NCBI GenBank assembly: GCA_964016885.1
Contig: OZ024760.1
Coordinates: forward strand, 10,850,001-10,914,000
Source: Eledone cirrhosa
Lineage: Eukaryota
Direction: 5' to 3'
DNA length: 64,000 bases
Every line of letters starts with the position of its first letter. Position 1 is the first letter of the stretch. The position numbers were made by a program, and so were the translations under genes. The notes beneath the pieces were generated by a model. It worked only from the letters and a program-made list of their open reading frames with translations, made no database searches and was not told where the DNA came from. Positions 1 through 11,220 of the stretch are shown in pieces.

Positions 1-87
1 ATTAACTCTTAACACAGGTAAATAGTGTATAGGTGAGATATCTCATTAACTCCTAACACAGGTAAAATGTATAGGTGAGACATTTAA

Positions 88-453
88 CCCTTTAATGTTC
101 AAACCGGCCAAAACCGGCCAGAATTCTCTACCGCTTTCCGTTGAAACTGGCTGTAACTGGTCACCCAAACTGATGTTAAGGTATTGTTCTCAAAATAAAT
201 ACTTTCAAAATCTCATAGATTCGATATTATGTGAGGTAATTATGTGAGGTAAAGCCTTTACCATGAAAATACAATAGTATATATAGCGTAATGTGAATGT
301 TATGTGAGATAATTATGTGAGGTAAAGCCTTTACCATGAAAATACAATAGTATATATAGAGTAATGTGAATGTTATGTGAGATAATTATGTGAGGTAAAG
401 CCTTTACCATGAAAATATAATAGTATATATAGAGTAATGTAAATGCTAAAGGG
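88..453. mobile_element. piggyBac-like MITE with internal tandem triplication
   Basis: Begins TTAA|CCCTTT, ends AAAGGG|TTAG. Same family as the copies at 482, 35027, 48586 and 50272. Confidence 0.7.
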
Positions 454-481
454 TTAGGGTGTGAGATGTGTCATTGTTTAA

Positions 482-692
482 CACTTTAGCATTCACATTA
501 CTCTATATATACTATTATATTTTTGTGGGAAAGGCTTAATCTGACATAAATATCTCACATAATATTGAATCTATGAGATTATGATATTATTTATTTTGAG
601 AAAAATACTTTAACAGCAGTATAAGCAGCCAGTTTGAACAGAAAGAGATGAGTGAATTCTGCCCAGATATGGCTGGATTAAATGCTAAAGGG
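482..692. mobile_element. piggyBac-like MITE, inverted relative to the copy at 88-453
   Basis: TTAA|CACTTTAGCATT...AATGCTAAAGGG|TTAA. Confidence 0.7.
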
Positions 693-959
693 TTAATTCT
701 TAACATCTAATGATATACTAAAAATATCTAAAATAGAAAATGTTAATTCAAATGTTTATAGTATCTTTACTAGTGGACAGATTGTTGTAATGTAAAAATA
801 ATTGCAAAATTAAAGCAAGAACTTCAGTATTTAATGTGATGTAGTCATACAACTGTTTTGTACTTTTCAACAATATTTTGCTAATAAGTTTTCATGTGTT
901 TGTTAATTAAAATGTTTATAGTATTTTTACTTGTGGACAGATCTTTGTTAAAATTTGAA

Positions 960-2056
960 ATGAAAGGGTTAATGACATTGGTAGAGTCTTTTATTAGAAA
1001 TATGGTAATGAAAGGGTTAATGATATAGACTGTCTTTCATTAGAAATATGGAAATGAAAGGGTTAATGACATAGACAGTGTCTTTCATTAGAAATATGAT
1101 AATGAAAGGGTTAATGACATAGACAGTGTCTTTCATAAGAAATATGTTAATGAAAGGGTTAATGACATAGACAGTGTCTTTCATTAGAAATATGGTAATG
1201 AAAGGGTTAATGACATAGACAGTGTCTTTCATTAGAAATATGTTAATGAAAGGGTTAATGACATAGACAGTGTCTTTCATTAGAAATATGTTAATGAAAG
1301 GGTTAATGACATAGACAGTGTCTTTCATTAGAAATATGTTAATGAAAGGGTTAATGACATAGACAGTGTCTTTCATTAGAAATATGGTAATGAAAGGGTT
1401 AATGACATAGACAGTGTCTTTCATTAGAAATATGGTAATGAAAGGGTTAATGACATAGACAGTGTCTTTCATTAGAAATATGGTAATGAAAGGGTTAATG
1501 ACATAGACTGTGTCTTTCATTAGAAATATGGTAATGAAAGGGTTAATGACATAGACAGTGTCTTTCATTAGAAATATGGTAATGAAAGGGTTAAAGACAT
1601 AGGCAGTGTCTTTCATTAGAAATATGGTAATGAAAGGGTTAATGACATAGACAGTGTCTTTCATTAGAAATATGATAATGAAAGGGTTAATGACATAGAC
1701 TGTGTCTTTCATTAGAAATATGGTAATGAAAGGGTTAATGACATAGACAGTGTCTTTCATTAGAAATATGGTAATGAAAGGGTTAATGACAGACAGTGCC
1801 TTTCATTAGAAATATGGTAATGAAAGGGTTAATGACATAGACAGTGTCTTTCATTAGAAATATGGTAATGAAAGGGTTAATGACATAGACAGTGTCTTTC
1901 ATTAGAAATATGGTAATGAAAGGGTTAATGACATAGACAGTGTCTTCATTAGAAATATGGTAATGAAAGGGTTAATGACATAGACAGTGTCTTACATTAG
2001 AAATATGGTAATGAAAGGGTTAATGACATTAGAAATATGGTAATGAAGGGGTTAAA
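960..2056. repeat. 48-bp minisatellite, about 22 copies
   Basis: Unit AATGAAAGGGTTAATGACATAGACAGTGTCTTTCATTAGAAATATGGT. Confidence 0.95.
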
Positions 2057-2109
2057 GTTGGTATTTTGTTTCCTGTGAAGATTGAAGTTGTTTTTGTTTA
2101 TAATTTCAG

Positions 2110-2292
2110 AGTGCTGTGGCTCCCTTAAAAGAGGGTCTTGATCTAAGAGACAGTGTCCATAATGCTCTGATGTCTTTTAAGGACATCTGTGGTTTACAAC
2201 CAATTGCGAACATCAAACAAGGTGTTCGTCTTTTAGCGTCTCGAGTCATCAACACCAGTGGTGACCAGTTCAGTATGATACTTAAAGGCGTG
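2110..2292 (+). CDS. unidentified gene, internal exon
   Basis: tttcag| 183-nt open frame |gtgagt. Confidence 0.8.
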
Positions 2293-5200
2293 GTGAGTAT
2301 TCTTTCAATAGTTGCACCCTTAATTTTATACCAAACCACATGAAACTGTGATAACCCCCCACCTTCCTCTATTATATTTCAGTACCCCCATCTGGAGTAC
2401 CGAGGATCACAGTTTATGCTGCCAGATTTAGTCAAAAAAGCTATGATATCTTTCAATGAAGTAAGTAACAACACACTTATATACTATGTCTTGCTTTACC
2501 ATCATCATCATCATCATCATCACTGTTATAGGTTCACAATCTTTTATCTGAAATTCTGAAAACCAAAAAGCTCCAAAAACTGAACATTTTTTTCCAGGAT
2601 GTTGTCTGCACACCAAAGCTCGCGTTTGGTGCCAAACTTGACCCGAAATGACCCACAGTTCCACCCAGGTCATGTAGTTGTGTCTCAGTGCAGCCATGTG
2701 ACCATGAGCCGAGCATTCTACCACTGAGCCGCTCTGTCCCTTGTGATGTTTTATCTAAAAAAAGCTTCAAAAATCTACGCTAAAAATCTTCCATTCCCCG
2801 AAAAATTACGAAATCTGAAAAGTGTCTGGTCCCAAGGTTTTCGGATAAGAGATTGTGAACCTGTTTAATGATGATGGGAGCGATGATAATGATGGTGATG
2901 ATCATAATCATGATGGTGGTGATAATCAGCATCACCATGTTAATGATGATGTTAATGATGATGATGATGATTATGTTAATGTTAATTAGAATGATCATGA
3001 TGGTGATGATAATGGTGGTGATGGTGATGGTGGTGATAATTGTCATCATCATGTTAATGATGTTGGTAATATTAATGATGTTGGTGCATTTAATGGTGTA
3101 TTTAATGGTGCATTTAATGGCATATTTAATTGTGTATTTAATGGTGTATTTTGCTGCATCCTTTGTTTAACTAAGTCTCTGTTTTTTATCTTACAGTTGG
3201 TGGACAAATGTAAAACTCTGATAGAGAATGCTGATGGAATTATTCTCAAGGTGAATATATATATATATATATACACACACATACACATACACACACACAT
3301 ACATGGCCTAGTGGTAAGAGTGTTGGACTTACGATCATAATGTCGTGGGTTCGATTCCTGGGTTGCGTGTTGTGTTCTTGAGCAAGACACTTCATTTTAC
3401 GTTGCTCCAGTATACTCAGCTGAAAATGAGTACCAGCAATAGCTGGAGGTTTAACCCTGCGATGGACTGGTGTCCTGTCCAGGGGGGAGTCTTGTACTTT
3501 CAGTCGCTTCACGCCATCAAACCGGGATAAGCACCGGCCAAATGAGCCTTCTGGCTTAAGACAGACTTCAGACTTTTTTTTTTATACACACACATACATA
3601 CATTATAGATATATATAACCTTTCTACTATAATACACAAATACATACATATATATAATATTGATTTTAAAAAATATAAAAACTAAAAAGAAGTAGGTGGA
3701 GAAGTTAAAACAGCTCAAAATATAGTTATCTATTGTAATAAACAGTACATCAGGCTATCTTTCATACTTCCTTGAAACATTTTTCAGTGAGACAATATGT
3801 TGAGGTATTTGCTCATAAATGATTGATTTTGATAAGTCCCAATAAGGGATGAAACAATTGTAAATCAATATTTGATATGAAACCCTATTTGGTAATACTT
3901 TAATCATCATTTCATCATTTCATTTTACGTCCGCTTTTTCCCTGCTTGCAAGGGTGGGACGGGAACTGATTCTGGCTTGATTTCTACAGCTGGATGCCCT
4001 TCCTAACACCAACCTCATTTACAGTGAGTGGTGGGTGCTTTTTTTCCGTGGCACCTACACGTCCACTTTACAGTGGAATGATATGGACCCCAGCCCCTAT
4101 CATCTCATTTCTACAGCTGAGTAAATTGGAGCAATGTGAAATAAAGTGTCTTGCTCAAGGAAACAACACATACACTTTAATGTGTATATATATATATATA
4201 TATCTAGGGCGGGTAAAATTCCCGAGATCCATGGATGAGTTCTCTCCAGCGGTCTCTGTCCTTCATCATTGCCGCCATGCCCTGTGTCTCCCAGAGACCA
4301 GTGTCTGTCCTTAGGGCATCAATATATATCAACCTCGGTTTCCCTCTTCTAGTGTGACCATGTAGGGGCTCCCACAGGAGCACTGAGTGCAGTGTCAACT
4401 CTGAATGTCGGTGAGCATATCCAGCTAACCTCAGTCTCCTTTGTGTTACTTTCGAACTGACTTTTGGGAGGCTCCCATACAGCTCTGAGTTCCAGAGGTG
4501 TGTTTTCACTGCTCAGCTAAGGTGACACTGACTAACTGATAGTTGAGGGCCAGAGGTGTGTTTTCACTGCTCAGCTAAGGTGACACTGACTAACAGATAG
4601 TTGAGGGCCAGAGGTGTGTTTTCACTGCTCAGTTAAGGTGACACTGACTAACTGATAGTTGAGGGCCAGAGGTGTGTTTTCACTGCTCAGCTAAGGTGAC
4701 ATTGACTAACTGACTGCTGAGGCCAGAGGTGTGTTTTCACTGCTCAGCTAAGGTGACACTGACTAACAGATAGTTGAGGGCCAGAGGTGTGTTTTCACTG
4801 CTCAGCTCAGTGATGTTCCATTTTATTTTCAATCCTTATGCAGCAGCTAAAACTTCAGCTTTTCATCAACCACCCCCAAGTACTGTGATAGAACAACATA
4901 CAAGGGAATCAAACCCTAACCTTACTACAAATACTCAGCAACACTATAATTACATGTCATTCTCTCTCTCACTCTCTCATTGTTGTCATTGTTCAGTTAA
5001 ACAATTGCCAGTCGATGGGCCTCCAGTGGCACGATGAGTTGGAGAGTTTGTGTTCACAGTCAGGACTGAAAGGGAAGAAAATCACAAAGGTTCGTTTTAG
5101 ACACTCTTTAAACTGACACACATACACACTCTCATGTACGCATATACACATACACACTCTCATGTACGCATATACACATACACACTCTCATGTACGCATA

Positions 5201-5769
5201 TACACATACACACTCTCTCATACACACACATACACTATTACATACATACATACATACATACACTCTCATACACATACTTGCACACACTTATTTTCATACA
5301 TGCACATACACTCTCATACACACACACACACACATGCAGACACTCTCATGCCCATATACACATACACTCTCTCATACACTTACACACTCTCTCATACACA
5401 CTTTCTTGCACTACCACCCCCTCACACACATGTACACTCTCTCATACACACATTCACATACACACACACAATCTCACAGTCACACACTCTCTCACACACA
5501 CATACACACTGTGTCTGTTTCTCACCACTCCTATCTAAATCTCTCTCCCTTTTCCTTCTCTTCCTCTCTCCCTCTCCCTTACTCCTCTCCTCTCTCCCTT
5601 CCTCTCTCTCTCACTCCCATCACTATTTCTTTTTAAATCTCTGTTATTCTCTTTGTCTCTATTATTTAGGCCATTGAACATTTTGCCTGGAATGTCCGGA
5701 TGTTACGTGGACAGTCAGATTTACTCCAACAAGCTAAGAAAGATTGCACAGAGGATATTCGTCAGGTAG

Positions 5770-5829
<60 letters not shown>

Positions 5830-8800
5830 ATGTATGTAAAAGGTAAACAGAAATAACAAAAATAACAAAAGCAGCAACACGGTACATGGAAGAAATATAT
5901 TAGTTTAACGCTTGAAATAGCAGGAAGAGAGTCTTAACTTTTCGGATGCAAGAAATAGAAAGTAGAAAGATTAAAGAGACAGGGTGGAAATGGGAAAAAT
6001 AACAGGTCCATTAATGTTGCCATCTCTTGGAAAACTGTTGATGCTGGCGTTTTGTGTATGATATACTTTATATATATATATAAAGTCTGTCTTAAGCCAG
6101 GAGGCTCATTTGGCTGGTGCTTCTCCAACCTGGATAGGACACCAGTCCATCACAGTGTTAAACTCCCAGCTATTGCTGGTATTCATTTTCAACTGAGTAT
6201 ACTGGAGCAATGTGAAATGAAGTGTTTTGCTCATATATATCATCATCATCATCATCATCAACGTTTAACGTCCGTGTTCCACGCTTGCATGGGTTTGGAC
6301 GGGGGTAGTCCCACTTGAGGCAAGAGTGATTGTCTTGCTCGCATAGGACTGTCTGGCAGGTTTTCTACAGTTGGATGCCCTTCCTAACACCAACCACATT
6401 TACAGTGTGGGTCTGGGAGGTTTTTACCGTGTTGCCTACACGGCCACATTACAGCGTGGACTGTGTGTTTTTTTGTCGTGACACCTACACGATCTCATTT
6501 GTTTCGGCCCGGATGGCGCGGCACCAACATAACTTTACATAGGACGGGGTGGTGTGGATGGGGTGGGGGTGGTGGTGGTGGGACGGGGTGTATTTTGTTA
6601 GAGATGCCTACTGGCAAGGCGGGTCTTCTCTGTTACTGAGTACCGCCAAAGGTCTCGGTCCAGTGACATTGTCTTGGAGAGGTGTAAGTGTGTGAGGTCG
6701 GAGTTTATCAGCTCGTCCCAGGTTTTTCTAGGTCTGCCTATTCCGTGGCTACCGTCTATCTTTATTGCCCTGCACTTTGTTATACAGCTATCGACTTTCA
6801 TGCGCATCACGTGTCCATACCAACGTAGCCTTCTCTCGAGTAAACAACATCTGATCCCTCTTATCTCTAATTTTTTCCTTAGTTCGTTTATGCTTTGCCG
6901 TTCACGTATATTACTGTTACACATCCAGCGGAGCATGCAAGCTTCGTTCCTCTCTAGTCTGCGTATATCCTCTGCACACAATGCCCAGGTCTCACTGCCA
7001 TGCAACATTGCTGTTCGTATGCAGGCATCGTACAACCTGCCTTTCATTTTTAGGGAGAACCCTTTAGCAGCTAATAGTGGTATAAGCTCTCTGAACTTTT
7101 TCCAACCAGTTCTGACTCTAGCTACAGTACTTTCAGAGCACCCTCCCCCACTGCTGATTTTATCGCCCAGGTAACGGAAGCTGTCCACTATTTCTATAGA
7201 ACCCTCTGCGCAATTGAAAGAGCTAGTATTGTGTGGGCACTTGCTGCTACTTATTGCACCAGAACACCGGCCACATGTAAAATCTATGTTCTTAGTTAGC
7301 TTACCTGTGATCCCACTACATCTTTTATGCACCCATACTTTGCATTTAGGACACAAAATGGAGTTTCTACCTACGCCTTTCCTACACACCGAGCACGACC
7401 ATTTCCCAGAAGGGACCGCCGCCTTGTTTTCTTTCCTACAAACTAGAACTTTGGTCTTAGCCAGGTTAATTTTAAGTCCTTTTGACTCTAGGCCGTGCTT
7501 CCATGTTTGGAATTTCTTCTCTAGCTCGGCCATTGATTCCGCTATGAGTGTCAGGTCGTCTGCGTATAGGAGTTCCCATGGGCAGCCTGTCTTGAACTCC
7601 TCTGTTATAGCCTGAAGGGCAATAATAAATAGTAGGGGGCTGAGAACAGAGCCCTGATGGACGCCAACTTTTACGCTAAACTCTTCACTATATTCGTTGT
7701 TAATTCTAACCTTGCTGACTGTTTCTTTATACATGGCTTGTATAGCCCTCACAAGCCATTCGTCAACGCCTAGTTTTCTAAGAGCCCACCAGATAATGGA
7801 GCGGGGGACTCTGTCGAAGGCTTTCTCCAAGTCGACAAAAGCTAAGTAGAGGGGTTTACCTTTAGCTAGGTACTTCTCCTGTAGTTGTCGTACTATGAAA
7901 AGAGCGTCTGTGGTACTTTTGCCTGACACAAACCCGAACTGCATTTCATCTAGGTCAATTCTCTCTCTGATTAGTTGCGCTATTACTTTTTCTGTGACCT
8001 TCATGACCTGGTCGATTAATTTAATGCCTCTATAGTTACTCCTATCTAGGGCGTCTCCTTTACCCTTATAACAGTTAACGATGATGCTGCTATGCCAGTC
8101 CTTCGGAACAGCCCCATTCTGTACGACTTGGTTAACTATGCGGGTGACCATGGTGTGTCCCACCGTGCCAGATGCCTTCAGCATCTCAGCAACTATTTCC
8201 GAAGGCCCAGCCGCCTTACCTGTCTTCATATCCTTGATTGCCTTACTTATTATACTCCCCTCGACTAACACTGCTGGTCCCTCTATTGGGTCGACATGGG
8301 GGAGACTGTCTTTCTCCCATTTATTCTCCTCATTTAGTAGCCTTTCATAGTGACACTTCCAAGCTGCCTTCTTATCAGTGTCGGTGATGGCAAGTATGCC
8401 ATCATCGTTAAGTACACACTTCTCCCCGACAATATCACGGTTTTCCTTGACGCATTGCCTAGCAATCCTGAACACCTCACGTTTTTGGTCATCGCGTTGT
8501 AGGACATGCTTGAACTTTCTTTCCTCAGCTTCCCTTCTTGCTAAGTACACTTCTCTCCTAGCTTCCCTCCTGGCCACTTGATAGTCTACTCTACTTCCCC
8601 CATCCCGCCATACTTTCCAAGCCTGCTTTTTGGCCTTAATTGACTCCTCCACCTTACTGTTCCACCACCATGTTACTCTCCTCCTGCCTACAGGCCTGCT
8701 CCAGCCACAGACTTCGTCTGTGGCCAACAGCAGGTTTGCTTTCAGAAATTCCCACTGTCCCTCTATATTGTCCGACTCTAAGTGTTCTTCCTTACTGTCG

Positions 8801-11123
8801 AAAGCATCAAGTAATATGTTTTGAAATTTATTTTTGGCTGTGGGGTCCTTTAGCTTCCATATTTTTCTCCTGAGGATAGTCCTCTTCTGCTGTCGAGTAC
8901 GTCTCGACCTGACTATGAGGTCGCTAATTATCAGTCTATGTTGGGAGGTGCATTCTTCATGGGGGAGGGATTTAGTGTTTACAACAGACACTCTGTCACG
9001 TCTTCTGGTAAGGATATAATCTACCTGGCTTGTGTGTTCCCCGGATCTATAGGTGATCAGGTGATTGTCACGTTTTTTGAAGTTAGTGTTACAGATAGTT
9101 AGGTTATTTGCATCACAGAATTCCAGGATTCTGGAGCCTTCCTCATTTCTAGTACCAAACCCATAGCCTCCATGGATTTCGTCGTAGCCGTCACAATGTT
9201 GCCCAACGTGACCATTTAGGTCGCCTGCAATAATTATATAGTCACTGTCAGATATTTGGGAGGTAGTGAGCATCAGTGTCTCATAGAATCTGTCTTTTAT
9301 AGTGCCGGGCAGTCCGGATTGGGGTGCATACGCAGATATTACTGTCACCGTAGTTCTATTGAGGACAAGTCGTATTTTAATTATTCTGTCGTTCACTCTA
9401 TTTACGTCTATTATCTTATCCGCCCACTTTTCTGCTACCATGATTCCTACTCCACCCAGCCCATCGTCGTTTCCCACCCAGAAAAGCTTATAACATCGTT
9501 TTTTACCCTCAATGAATCTAGCAGACCCACCCCTCCACCTGGTCTCTTGAATACAACAAACATCGACCTCCTTACGTTCAAGCATTTCTACAACCTCGTT
9601 AGCGCGCCCCTTTAGGGTGCCTACATTTATGGTACCAACTCTGAAGTTTTGGATCGCGTTTGGAGGGTGGGGGTGGTGTGGGGCGGGGGGAGATGGGGTT
9701 ATGTTAGCCATCCGCGGGCGAAACAAAGAAGAGTGCTCGCATTCTCGTCCACGAGGTGAATTTGACTTTAGCATTGGCATTTTCGCTCTGAGCATATATA
9801 TATTATACGATATTAAATAAATGGAAACTATATTTATAAAACCATATTTATTTCATTATATATATTTCAGGGATATCATATTAACAATATGTTATGCCTT
9901 CTTCAGACAAAATACAATATAGACAGTTTTATAAATAAATAGATTTGAGATACCGTTCAACATCGACTTGTATTTGAAAAGTTGATTTGTTTTATAAATA
10001 TAGTTTCCATTTATTTAATATCGTAAATATACTCCAAATACTTGTTGAGTGCTTTTATATCAGTTATAAATATTTACTAGTTGTAACCCAACAATTTAAA
10101 TATAACTTTCCATATATATATATATATATATAAAAGACGTAAAATAAGAAAATTTAAAAAAAAAAATTTTTTAAAAATTAACTTACTTAAATTTTCACTC
10201 CAACTAATTAGTTTCTGCAATGGGATAAAGACAGTTACGTAATGAACTGTTGAGAATTTCATTGCGTCATCAGGGAGGTCATTCTCAGCTAAGTCTCCAG
10301 GCAATGCGCGGACACTGGGGACTCATATAAAAATAATAATAATTCGGTAAATGGAACAGCTATCGAGGACTGGATTCCAGGTACTGAAAATTCTCTCTAT
10401 ATATATATATCATCACCGTTTTACGTCCATTTCCCACACTAGCATGGGTTGTATATATATTTTTTATTATTATTATTGGCTGCATATCGTTTTCGAGAGT
10501 TGCTATCCCTTGACCTTTTTCTCATTCATGGGTGGCACGATCAATTACTTTGTAGCCTTGTATACACTACTGTAAAAGAAAATGTTCACGCAACACACAT
10601 GAAAGTCCTTTAGATCAAATATGTCTTTATATTGGATCAATCCCATTCTCTGAACAATGGTGACAGGTCTCCAAAAGAACATCACTGGATGCCATTGAGA
10701 TGCAGGTTTTACATCAGAGGTTTCATTCTCCTAGAATGATGTGTTAACAAAAACTAAGGGACTCTTACTTTCAGTGGGCTATCTGCACAACTCGAACAAC
10801 ACCAAACCGAGTAGAGTCATGTCCCTGTGCATATATATGTATGTATGTATGTATGTATATATGTATGTATGTATGTATGTATATTATATCTGGAGATCTC
10901 TCTACACTTGTCATCATATGGTAACATGGGCCCAGCACTATGTGTCAATAATTGTCACAAGTGTAGTGTTTGTACCAGAGTTTTCAAGTCGCTGGCTGGA
11001 CTAAAATGTCACACTTGTTCAGCGCATCGGTAGGGGTTCTCCTACATGGATATAAAGTAGTGGTCGTACTCGAAAACGAGTTGGCAGTCACCATATATGT
11101 ATGTATATGTATGTATGTATGTG

Positions 11124-11220
<97 letters not shown>

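Noticed and set aside
1017-1760. 247-aa ORF with a 16-aa repeat
   Set aside because: Stop-free frame of a 48-bp intronic minisatellite; no coding evidence.
3300-3365. tRNA-like sequences with A and B boxes (also about 27000, 40354, 49518, 56290)
   Set aside because: SINE heads that continue into SINE bodies; no complete cloverleaf.
6232-9801. catatatat as a target-site duplication of the intact RTE
   Set aside because: Low-complexity match, and the flanks belong to different elements, so it cannot be supported.
6674-9820. Plus-strand ORFs overlapping the RTE ORF
   Set aside because: Antisense shadows of the LINE ORF.
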